NCBI GenBank assembly: GCA_963555985.3
Contig: OY820591.1
Location: 1,152,001-1,216,000, forward strand
Length of the DNA stretch: 64,000 nt
Source: Dehalococcoidia bacterium
Lineage (GTDB): Bacteria > Chloroflexota > Dehalococcoidia > Bin125
Direction of reading: 5' to 3'
Shown one piece after another: positions 1 through 8,644 of this stretch. Below the pieces are notes generated by a model. That model saw nothing but the letters and a program-made list of their open reading frames with translations. It had not been told where the DNA came from and ran no database searches. The stretch's first letter is position 1; every line of letters starts with the position of its first letter. The translations under genes and the position numbers were made by a program.

Positions 1-2
1 CG

Positions 3-881
3 GCTCTGAATCGGGCCGACATGATGCAGCGGATGGGCGGCTATCCGCCGCAGCACGGGGCGTCGGAGATTCTCGGCCTTGAACTCGCCGGGGAGGTGAT
101 TGAGGCCGGGTCGCGCGTGCGCTCGCTGTCGGTGGGTGATCGGGTGTATGGGCTGTCGGGCGGGGGCGGCTATGCGGAGTTGGCGACTTTGCACGAATCG
201 CTGGCGATGCCGATCCCCGATGCGTTGTCGTGGCATGAGGCGGCGTCGATTCCCGAGGTGTTTTTCACGGCGAATACGGCAGTGCGGACGCTTGGGCAGA
301 CTGAGCCGGGTGAGCGCATCTTGATCCATGCGGGCGGGAGCGGAGTTGGGATCGCGGCGATCCAGATCGCGCGGCTGATCGGGGCGGAAGTCTGGATCAC
401 GGCGGGCAGCGCAGAGAAGTGCGCACGCGCTGCGGAGTTGGGAGCTGATGTCACGATCAACTACCGCGAAGCCGACTTCGCCGAGGTTGTGCGCGAACGG
501 ACGGGGGCCGATGGCGTCAACGTGATTCTTGACGTGATCGGTCGGGATTATTGGGAGGCCAACCTGCGCTCGCTGGGGACGGCGGGGCGGCTGGTGTTGG
601 TCGGTCTGATGGGGGGCGCGCAGGCGGAGACCAATCTTGGGCTGATTCTGTCGAAGCGGTTGCAGATTTTCGGGACGGTGATGCGTTCGCGTCCGCTGAT
701 CGATCGGGCAGCGATCACGCGGGATTATCAGCTGCACCTGGAACCGGCGATCGTGAACGGGGAGATGAAGCCGGTGATCGACTCGGTGTTCCCGCTGAGT
801 CAGGCGGCGGCTGCGCATCAGTACATGGCGGAGAACCGGAATTTCGGGAAGATTCTGCTTGACTGCATTGAGGTCGATTAG
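3..881 (+). CDS. NAD(P)H-quinone oxidoreductase, MDR/PIG3 family (5'-truncated by the window edge)
   Basis: Frame is open from the window start (ALNRAD precedes the ORF Met); ILGLE.AG, HAGGSGVG Rossmann motif, C-terminal NFGKILL. Confidence 0.9.
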   Translation, partial: ALNRADMMQRMGGYPPQHGASEILGLELAGEVIEAGSRVRSLSVGDRVYGLSGGGGYAELATLHESLAMPIPDALSWHEAASIPEVFFTANTAVRTLGQTEPGERILIHAGGSGVGIAAIQIARLIGAEVWITAGSAEKCARAAELGADVTINYREADFAEVVRERTGADGVNVILDVIGRDYWEANLRSLGTAGRLVLVGLMGGAQAETNLGLILSKRLQIFGTVMRSRPLIDRAAITRDYQLHLEPAIVNGEMKPVIDSVFPLSQAAAAHQYMAENRNFGKILLDCIEVD

Positions 882-899
882 GGCTAGAGATCGGGTGAG

Positions 900-1005
900 A
901 GGTAGTCCGGAGTAGTCCAGATATGTCCAGATCCGTCTGGATTTCGGGGGTGTTTGGAGCGGAATTATTGGTGTTGATCCGAGTTTGTCCTGAGGCGTCT
1001 GGACT
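900..1005. repeat. 10-bp-phased array GTCYRGA-N3 (element copy 1)
   Basis: GTCCGGAGTA GTCCAGATAT GTCCAGATCC GTCTGGATTT at 905-944 plus three further phased units at ~976-1005; 29-bp core 915-943 matches 31018-31046 with 1 mismatch. Confidence 0.8.
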
Positions 1006-1120
1006 GGTGCCAGTGGTCATGGCTGGCGGCCTTCCGTTTGTGAATACAGAACTGGAGTGCTTGAGCTTAGCAGCCTAAAGGTTGGATGGAGGAGCGTGTG
1101 TGTTTCTGGGGCTGCATTGG

Positions 1121-1193
1121 GGACCACCCTCTGTCCTCTGTTCGGGCCAGAGCGGGCACTTCGAGGCATCTCACCCCGGAAGAGGAGACGAGG
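1121..1193. repeat. Degenerate palindromic REP-like element (family B)
   Basis: GGACCACCCTCTGTC...CATCTCACCCCGGAAGAGGAGACGAGG resembles the reverse complement of 59521-59575. Confidence 0.5.
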
Positions 1194-1296
1194 ATGGGTT
1201 GCGGGACGGTTCCTCCCGGTAGGGGGCTTGTCCTGTTGGGAGGTTCGGGATTCTTTAGTCTCAGGGGCGACCTGCGGCAGCTGATGGAGGTGGATT

Positions 1297-2340
1297 ATGG
1301 GAGCGCGACGGCGAGTGGGGGTGTTGGGGACCGGTTGGGGGACTCGGGTCTCGGTAGATGCGTTTCGGGCGGCTGGGTGGGAGGTGGCGGGGCTGTGGAG
1401 CCGTCGTCCCGAGCGGGCGGCGGCGGAAGCGGCACGGTTGGAGATTCCGTTCGCCACGCATGAGGCGGCGGCGCTGATCGAGCGAGCGGAGATTGATGCG
1501 GTCGCGATCCACACGCCGCCCCACTTGCATCTGGAGTTCTGCCGCGCCGCTTTTGCCGCGAGCAAGCATGTGCTCTGCGACAAGCCGTTTGCGACTAATG
1601 TGGCGGATGCGCGGGCGCTGTTGGCGGCATCAGAGGCATCCGATCGAACGGCGATGGTGAACTTCGAGTTCCGCTTTGCGCCGCTGCGTTTGGAGGTTGG
1701 GAGGTTGCTGGCTGAGGGTGCGATTGGGGAGGTGCGGCACGTGAGCGTGGACTTGCAGACCACGAACCCACTGCTGGAGTTGGGGCGTCCGTGGCGGTTG
1801 GATCCGGCGCTTGGCGGCGGGCTGCTGAATGAGCTGGGGTCTCATGCGATTGATCGCTTGCGGCAATGGTTCGGGGAGTTGGCGACGGTTTCGGCGCAGC
1901 TGGGGTCGTTTCCTCCTGCGGAGTTGGAGCCGGGCCTCAGCAGCGAGGATCACATCAGCGCGAGTTTTAGCTTGGCTTCGGGCGGGATTGCGACGTTGGC
2001 GATGTCTTGGGTCTCGGATCCACCGCTGGGGCTGCGGATTGTGATCACCGGTTCGGAGGGGGTGATTCGGGCGACGTCGCCGGGCAGCATGTTGAGCGAG
2101 GGCGAAGTGACCCTGGGCCAGGCTGGCGAGGAGGGCTTCAGGCAGGTTGATATTCCAGTCGATCAGACGGTGACTGCGGTGGGCGCGTCGGCGGCGCTGA
2201 TTGAGGCGTTTGCGGAGGGGATTGAGGCTGGCGTCTCGCCGTCGCCGAATTTTGTGGACGGGTTGCGCTCGCAGATCGCACTTGAGGGGGTACGGGAGTC
2301 GGCGGCGACTGGGCGGATCGTGGAGTTGGCTCGGGTGTAG
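1297..2340 (+). CDS. Gfo/Idh/MocA family oxidoreductase
   Basis: N-terminal VGVLGTGWG, IHTPPHLH, KHVLCDKP, GGGLLNELGSHAID. Confidence 0.9.
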   Translation: MGARRRVGVLGTGWGTRVSVDAFRAAGWEVAGLWSRRPERAAAEAARLEIPFATHEAAALIERAEIDAVAIHTPPHLHLEFCRAAFAASKHVLCDKPFATNVADARALLAASEASDRTAMVNFEFRFAPLRLEVGRLLAEGAIGEVRHVSVDLQTTNPLLELGRPWRLDPALGGGLLNELGSHAIDRLRQWFGELATVSAQLGSFPPAELEPGLSSEDHISASFSLASGGIATLAMSWVSDPPLGLRIVITGSEGVIRATSPGSMLSEGEVTLGQAGEEGFRQVDIPVDQTVTAVGASAALIEAFAEGIEAGVSPSPNFVDGLRSQIALEGVRESAATGRIVELARV

Positions 2341-2361
2341 GACGTGGGGCGGCAGTCGGCG

Positions 2362-2540
2362 GGATTCCCGCTTACGGGGAGTTTTGCGAAAGCCTATCCC
2401 GGTGCGTTGAGGCCTTGGAAGAAGGGATTGCGCGATGGGAGGTCGGTAGTACGACCAGATTAGGAGTCGCTTCATGCTTGGTTGCTTCGAGATTCCCGCC
2501 TGCGCGGGAATGACGGATATGGGGATTTTGCAACGGTCTC
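2362..2540. repeat. Composite palindromic repeat / MITE-like element (ATTCCC-N8-GGGAAT hairpin plus terminal TTTTGCAACGGTCTC)
   Basis: 2488-2516 is the exact reverse complement of 32999-33027; 2488-2540 is homologous to 60453-60504; partial second copy at 2362-2395. Confidence 0.8.
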
Positions 2541-2571
2541 CTCACGAGGGAGTAACGGAAGTGAGCTCGCG

Positions 2572-3759
2572 CTAGAGCAGGGCGGGATCGAAGAGGCGGA
2601 CGAAGATTTCGTTTGCGACGGCGCGTCCGCGAGCGGTGAGCGTCAGCCGGTTTTGGGAGCGGCTTGCGAGGCTCGATTTGACGGCCCAATCGAGCGTTGC
2701 CGCTACGACGCCGTACTCGTTCGGGTAGTCCCACTTGAGGGCTGACTCGTCCACGCCTTCGGTGAGGCGCAGACCGGATGTGAGTGTGTCGACGACCGAG
2801 TCGAAGGGTGTGACGGATTCGGCCTGATCGATTGCCGGGGAGGGCAGGCCGTGGGCGGGGACGCCTTGGGCGAGGCGCTCGATGTAGGCGCGGGGGGAGC
2901 GGATCACGCTGTAGCGCACGCCGTCGATGAATCCATGAGCGCCTGGGCCGATTGCGAGGTACTCCTGATTGCGCCAGTAGATCAGATTGTGACGGCAGGC
3001 CAAGCCGTTGCGGGCGTAGTTGCTGATCTCGTAGTGCTCATAGCCTGCTCGTGTGAGCCGCGCCGCGGTCCAGTCGGCGAGTTCGGCTACGTGATCCGGA
3101 TCGGCTTCTACGATCGTTCCGGCGACGACACGGGCGGCGAGCGGGGTGCCTTCTTCGACCGTCAGGGCGTAGCAGGAGAGGTGGTCGGGGCCGCGCTCGT
3201 CCGGGCCCCAGGCCAAGACACCCTCAAGGGTTTTGCGCCAGGTTTGGAAGGATTGATTTGGTAAGCCGTAGATGAGGTCGAGATTGATGTTCTCGAACCC
3301 GCTCGCGCGGACTTGCTCGAAGGCTGCTTGGGCGCGCTCTGCGCTGTGGAGCCGATCGAGGAATGCGAGTTCGCCGCTGTTGAGAGATTGCACGCCCATG
3401 GAGATGCGATTGACTCCGGCGGTTCGGTAGGCAGCGAGACGGCTTGGCTCCACGCTCTCCGGGTTTGCCTCGAGGGTGATTTCCGCGTCGGGAGCAAGAC
3501 AGAACAGGTCTCGGACGGTATTGAGAACTCTTTGGACGGCTACGCCTTCCAGCAGACTGGGGGTGCCGCCACCGAAGAAGACGGTGCTGAATTCTCGGTC
3601 GGCCAGACGGTCAGCCCAGAGCGACAACTCGCGGCGCGCGGCTCGCTCCCAGGCGTCGCGGAGGTTTTCGATCCCCGCGAAAGAGTTGAAGTCGCAATAG
3701 GCGCACTTGACGGTGCAGAAGGGGACGTGAATGTAGAGGCCGACGGTGTGATCGGGCAT
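2572..3759 (-). CDS. hemW: Radical SAM heme chaperone HemW (HemN-like)
   Basis: LYIHVPFCTVKCAYCDF (CxxxCxxC), GGGTPS, EITLEANP, YEISNYAR, HNLIYW. Confidence 0.92.
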   Translation of the reverse strand: MPDHTVGLYIHVPFCTVKCAYCDFNSFAGIENLRDAWERAARRELSLWADRLADREFSTVFFGGGTPSLLEGVAVQRVLNTVRDLFCLAPDAEITLEANPESVEPSRLAAYRTAGVNRISMGVQSLNSGELAFLDRLHSAERAQAAFEQVRASGFENINLDLIYGLPNQSFQTWRKTLEGVLAWGPDERGPDHLSCYALTVEEGTPLAARVVAGTIVEADPDHVAELADWTAARLTRAGYEHYEISNYARNGLACRHNLIYWRNQEYLAIGPGAHGFIDGVRYSVIRSPRAYIERLAQGVPAHGLPSPAIDQAESVTPFDSVVDTLTSGLRLTEGVDESALKWDYPNEYGVVAATLDWAVKSSLASRSQNRLTLTARGRAVANEIFVRLFDPALL

Positions 3760-3840
3760 GTGTTGAGTGTATGAGTGTCGCCAAGCTGATACCCGCGCGG
3801 GCCTGGCGGTGGGACACTCGCACTATCACTGATCGTCAGG

Positions 3841-5652
3841 ATGGGTGGGATTGCGGTGCTCAAATCTCATGCGTGCGGAACGCTGCGCAGCGAACACGTA
3901 GGCGAGCAGGTCATGTTGGCGGGATGGGTTCACCGTCGGCGTGATCACGGAGGACTGATTTTTCTCGATCTGCGCGACCGCGACGGGATCGTGCAGGTGG
4001 TGGTGCGTCCGGACGACTATCCGGATGCTCACGCTGCGGCGAACCAGGTTCGGAACGAGTACGTCCTGCTTGTGAGCGGGCGCGTGGTGGCTCGGAACGA
4101 GCAGGCGGTGAATCCGAATCTCGCTACAGGCGAGATCGAAGTGGTCGCTGAAGGTGTGGAAGTGCTCAACGCGGCCAAGACGCCTCCGTTCTCAGTGAAC
4201 GAAGAGTCGTCGGTGGACGAGCTGGTGCGTCTGCAATACCGGTACATCGATCTTCGCCGGCCGGAGATGGTGACCACGCTCGAGCTGCGCGACCGGCTCA
4301 ACCAGTACCTGCGCTCGTATATGTCTGCGCGCGGCTTTTTGGAAGTAGAGACGCCGATCATGGTCGCGGCGACGCCGGAAGGGGCGCGGGATTACGTGGT
4401 GCCGAGTCGGTTGCAGCCGGGTGCGTTCTATGCGCTGCCGCAGGCGCCGCAGCAGTTCAAGCAGTTGCTGATGGTCGCGGGAGTGGAGCGGTATTTCCAA
4501 ATCGCACGCTGTTTTCGTGATGAAGATCTGCGGGCGGATCGTCAGCCGGAGTTTGCGCAGCTGGATTTGGAGTGGTCGTTCTGCGAGGAAGAGGATATTC
4601 TCGAGCTGTTGGAAGGATTGTTCGCGGGTCTGACCGAAGCGTTGCGGCCCGACCTGACGGTTCCGCGCCCGTTTCCGCGTCTGAGTTGGCATGAGGCGAT
4701 GGAGCGGTACGGCTCGGATAAGCCCGACCTGCGGTACGGGCTGGAATTGTCGGATTGTTCGGAGATTGCGGCGCGGTCGTCGTTTGGGGTGTTCAGCGGT
4801 GCGATCGCGTCCGGCGGGCGGGTGCGGGGGATTGTGATGCCTGTCGGGGCGGCGTTGTCACGGCGTGAAGTGGATGGCTTTACGCAGCTTGCGCGGACGC
4901 TCGGCGCACCGGGTCTGGTGTCGTTCCAATTCAGCGCCGATCCTGAGGTTGCCGAGGAGGATGACATTCGCTCGCCGGTGCTGCGGCATGTAGGGATTGA
5001 GGATGCGCGGGCGATTGGGGTGCGCTGCGGCGCGAAAGCGGGCGATCTGGTGCTGTTGGCGGCGGGTGAGAACGGGATGGTCTCGACGGTGCTGGACGGG
5101 CTGCGGCGCGAGTTGGCGCGGCGGCTTGAGCTGGCTGATCCGAACGTACTCCAGTTTGCGTTCGTGACTGATTTTCCCTTGGCGGAATGGGATGAGGACG
5201 GCGAGCGCTGGGATGCCTTGCATCACCCGTTCACCGCGCCTCAGGCGGAGGATCTGCGGCTGTTGGACAGCGATCCTGCGGCTGTGCGCGCTCGCGCGTA
5301 TGACACGATCGCGAACGGGTTTGAGCTCGGCTCAGGTTCGATCCGGATTCACGAGCGCGAGTTGCAGGAGCGGGTGTTCGCGTTGCTGGGAATTGGAGCG
5401 GAAGAGGCGCAGGCGCGGTTTGGTCACATGCTCGATGCGTTCGAGTATGGAGCGCCGCCGCACGGCGGGTTTGCGTTCGGGATCGATCGGGTGGCGATGT
5501 TGCTGGCGGGACGGGACAACATCCGTGAGGTGATCGCATTTCCGAAGACGCAATCCGCGTCCGATCCGCTGACCGGCGCGCCGATGCCAATTCCGCCTGA
5601 GCAGCTTGTGGAACTGCATCTCAAACTCGATGTTCCGACGGAGGCGTCGTAG
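3841..5652 (+). CDS. aspS: Aspartate-tRNA ligase (possibly non-discriminating Asp/Asn)
   Basis: GWVHRRRDHGG OB fold, FRDEDLRADRQPEF motif 2, GAD insert, PPHGGFAFGIDR motif 3. Confidence 0.97.
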   Translation: MGGIAVLKSHACGTLRSEHVGEQVMLAGWVHRRRDHGGLIFLDLRDRDGIVQVVVRPDDYPDAHAAANQVRNEYVLLVSGRVVARNEQAVNPNLATGEIEVVAEGVEVLNAAKTPPFSVNEESSVDELVRLQYRYIDLRRPEMVTTLELRDRLNQYLRSYMSARGFLEVETPIMVAATPEGARDYVVPSRLQPGAFYALPQAPQQFKQLLMVAGVERYFQIARCFRDEDLRADRQPEFAQLDLEWSFCEEEDILELLEGLFAGLTEALRPDLTVPRPFPRLSWHEAMERYGSDKPDLRYGLELSDCSEIAARSSFGVFSGAIASGGRVRGIVMPVGAALSRREVDGFTQLARTLGAPGLVSFQFSADPEVAEEDDIRSPVLRHVGIEDARAIGVRCGAKAGDLVLLAAGENGMVSTVLDGLRRELARRLELADPNVLQFAFVTDFPLAEWDEDGERWDALHHPFTAPQAEDLRLLDSDPAAVRARAYDTIANGFELGSGSIRIHERELQERVFALLGIGAEEAQARFGHMLDAFEYGAPPHGGFAFGIDRVAMLLAGRDNIREVIAFPKTQSASDPLTGAPMPIPPEQLVELHLKLDVPTEAS

Positions 5653-5755
5653 CGGATCGAGTGCGCCGCCGGAGACGGGTTTGCGTGATACTGTTGCCTA
5701 CGATGCACATGTGCGGATGCGGGTGGGAACGCACAAATGCAGGGGAGGTTGACGA

Positions 5756-7591
5756 GTGATTGTTCGGTTGTGTCAGACCATGATCCACTTCCTGCGAACG
5801 AATTCTCTGCCCAGACCGATGCGCTTGCCGGCGGCCGCCCTGGTGGCGGCTGTGTTGGTTGGCGGTGTCTTAGTCGCGTGCGGCGGAGACGACGGCGCGC
5901 AGCAGCAGGACGCTCAGACTGCCCGGACAGAGCGTCAAGAGAGCCAGGAACAAGAGGCTGAACAGCCGTCGCAGCAGCAGGAGGCCGCCGAGGAGCGCCA
6001 GGAGCGCGAGTCGACCGTTCAGCAGCAGCAACAAGAGGCGACGGGTGATCAGACCGCGCAAGCGGAAGCGGTGGCGGTCAGGCCGCGTGAGGCGGGGGAA
6101 TTCCGGATCGCGCGAGGCGAGCCGATCAACCTTGATCCCGCGCAGATCACGGATGTCGATTCGGCTGTAATCGCGGTCGAGGTCTTCGGCGGTCTGCTGG
6201 TGCTCAACCGCGACCTCGCGATCGCGCCGGATATCGCGGAATCCGTGCCCGCGGGGGTCGAGAATCCGGACGGGACTGTCACCTACACCTTCACGATTCG
6301 GCGCAATGCGACGTTCCACGACGGCAAGCGGATTACGGCGCAGGATTTCAAGTGGAGTCTCGAGCGCCATGCCCACCCGGAGACGTTGTCGCCGACGGCG
6401 CCGGACTTCCTCGGCGATATTCTCGGCGCGTCCGAGTACGTGCGCGGACGTGCAGATGAGATCGTCGGGATTGAGGTGATTGACGACCTGACGCTGAGCA
6501 TCACGATCGTGCGGCAGACGCCGGTGTTTCTGTACAAGCTGACTTACCCGACCGCGTTTGTGGTGGATCGCGAACAGGTCGAAGAAGACCCGGAGCGGTG
6601 GGCGCTTGCTCCGAACGGTTCCGGTCCGTTCCGGCTGACCGAGTGGACCCTGGGCGAAGGTCTGGTACTGGAGCGGTTCGACGACTATCACCTGGAGCCG
6701 GCGAAGGTGGAGAAGGTGACGATTCGGTTCGCCGGCGGCTCGCTGGAGCAGTTTGAGAATGACGAGGTGGATCAGGCCTTCGTGGGCGTGAACGACATTG
6801 AGCGGGTGCGCGATCCGGCGTCGGACTTGAACGAGTACTACGTCACGCGGACCGAGCTCTCGATCTTCTATCTCGCCTTCAATGTGAGTCAGCCGCCGTT
6901 CGATGATCCGTTGGTGCGACAAGCGCTCGCGCACGCGATTGACAAGACCACGATCCAGGAGGAAGTCCTGACCGGATTGTTGAGGACGGCGCATCAGATC
7001 ATCCCGCCCGGGCTGGCTGCGCATGACAACGAGTACCGAGGGATCGTTTTCGACCCCGAGCTGGCTGCCGAGATGCTCGCCGAGTCACGTTACGCAGGCA
7101 CGCCGTTGCTGGAGGAGATTCGACTGACGATCCCGGGCGCGGGCGCGACCCCCGGCCCGACGATTGAGGCGATCCAGGACATGTGGCGGGTGCACCTGGG
7201 GCTGGAAGTGGAGATCCAGCAGGTGGAGTTCGCCAGCTTCATCTCCGAGCTGGATCGGGGCCTCTACGGCTTCTTCAGTCTGGGTTGGAGCCTCGACTAT
7301 CCGGATCCGCACAACGTGATCGACTACAAGTTCCACAGCGCCTCGCTGGGCAACGATGTGCAATTGGACGATCCGGAGATCGATGCGCTGCTCGAGGAAG
7401 CGCGCTACTCGCTTGATCAGGAACGCCGGACGGCGATCTACACGGACGTGGACAAGCGTCTAGTCGAGTCGGCGATCTGGATTCCGCTGTACTACTCGGT
7501 GGCGAATGAGGTGGTGAAGCCGTACGTGCGCGGCTACGAGCCAAGCCGGATGGTGATTCCGGTGCTGCGCTACGTCAGCATTGACGAGTAG
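5756..7591 (+). CDS. Opp/Dpp family 5 ABC substrate-binding lipoprotein (start uncertain: 5756, 5780 or 5819)
   Basis: Lipobox LVAC, Gln/Glu-rich linker, EPINLDPA, FHDGKRITAQD, PNGSGPF, GWSLDYPDP. Confidence 0.9.
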   Translation: MIVRLCQTMIHFLRTNSLPRPMRLPAAALVAAVLVGGVLVACGGDDGAQQQDAQTARTERQESQEQEAEQPSQQQEAAEERQERESTVQQQQQEATGDQTAQAEAVAVRPREAGEFRIARGEPINLDPAQITDVDSAVIAVEVFGGLLVLNRDLAIAPDIAESVPAGVENPDGTVTYTFTIRRNATFHDGKRITAQDFKWSLERHAHPETLSPTAPDFLGDILGASEYVRGRADEIVGIEVIDDLTLSITIVRQTPVFLYKLTYPTAFVVDREQVEEDPERWALAPNGSGPFRLTEWTLGEGLVLERFDDYHLEPAKVEKVTIRFAGGSLEQFENDEVDQAFVGVNDIERVRDPASDLNEYYVTRTELSIFYLAFNVSQPPFDDPLVRQALAHAIDKTTIQEEVLTGLLRTAHQIIPPGLAAHDNEYRGIVFDPELAAEMLAESRYAGTPLLEEIRLTIPGAGATPGPTIEAIQDMWRVHLGLEVEIQQVEFASFISELDRGLYGFFSLGWSLDYPDPHNVIDYKFHSASLGNDVQLDDPEIDALLEEARYSLDQERRTAIYTDVDKRLVESAIWIPLYYSVANEVVKPYVRGYEPSRMVIPVLRYVSIDE

Positions 7592-7657
7592 CGGTTAGCC
7601 TGCCGCGAAACGGAGGGCGGGCGCTCGCCGCTGGCAGCGAGCGATCGGAGGCGCAAT

Positions 7658-8644
7658 GTGCGAACCGGCGTCTTTCCGTTCCTCGCCCGCCGCCTTTCGC
7701 TGGTTCCGCTGCTCGTCTTCGTCGTACTCGCCCTCACGTATGCGCTGACGCAGTTCGCACCGGGCGATCCGGTGCGGATCATTGCCGGAGCGCGTCAGAT
7801 TGATCCGCAGCAGGCCGAGGAGATCCGGGAAGCGTTTGGCCTGAACGGCAACTACTTCGAACGGTTCGGCGATTACGTCTGGGGGATTCTGAGCGAGGGC
7901 GACCTTGGCCCTTCCTACTACTACCGCTCGCCCCAGCGCTCAGTTCAGGAGTTGCTTGGCGACCGGATCTGGGTCTCGGCTCAGATCAATCTGATTGTGC
8001 TCGCGCTGGTCTTCGGTTTAGGCATCCCCATAGGCGTCTACGCAGCGGTGCATCGGGGCCGCTGGCAGGATCCGACCTTGATCGGATTTCTCAAGATTTT
8101 CGATTCGATCCCGTCTCCGATCCTGATTGTGCTGATGGCGGCGCTCTTTGTCGATGGGTTGCGGGCACTGTTCGATTGGCTCGGATTCAACGTGCCCAAT
8201 GTCTGGACGCCAGGCGATCCAGCGTCGTACATCATTCCGGTTACGGCGCTGACACTGCCCTCGTTAGGCGGGATCGGACGCTTCGTGCGAGTGAGCATGT
8301 TGAGCACGATCGACGACGACTATGTGCGCACGGCGCGGGCAAAGGGTCTCGACGATCGGCGGGTGTTGTATGGGCACGTGCTGCGTAATGCACTGCTGCC
8401 GCTGAGCACGTCGATGGGGCTGGCGATCGTGGGAGTGATTGGCGGCTCGATCGTGATTGAGACCCGCTACGGAGTACCGGGCGTTGGTGCGTTCATGTTC
8501 GAGTCGATCACGCAGCGGGACTTCAATGTCGTGCTCGGGTTCACACTGCTCACGGCGACGTTGTTCATCGTCGCTAACGCTTTGATCGACGTGGCCTACA
8601 TCTTCATCGATCCGCGCATTCGCTACACGGAGCGTCACGCATGA
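7658..8644 (+). CDS. Opp/Dpp ABC permease (OppB-like)
   Basis: PGDP, GDLGPSY, DYVRTARAKGL..HVLRNAL, C-terminal DPRIR. Confidence 0.93.
   Translation: MRTGVFPFLARRLSLVPLLVFVVLALTYALTQFAPGDPVRIIAGARQIDPQQAEEIREAFGLNGNYFERFGDYVWGILSEGDLGPSYYYRSPQRSVQELLGDRIWVSAQINLIVLALVFGLGIPIGVYAAVHRGRWQDPTLIGFLKIFDSIPSPILIVLMAALFVDGLRALFDWLGFNVPNVWTPGDPASYIIPVTALTLPSLGGIGRFVRVSMLSTIDDDYVRTARAKGLDDRRVLYGHVLRNALLPLSTSMGLAIVGVIGGSIVIETRYGVPGVGAFMFESITQRDFNVVLGFTLLTATLFIVANALIDVAYIFIDPRIRYTERHA

Noticed and set aside
715-1020. 101-aa minus-strand ORF as a confident gene
   Set aside because: It overlaps the oxidoreductase 3' end by ~165 bp and is low-complexity; noted only as part of the phased element.
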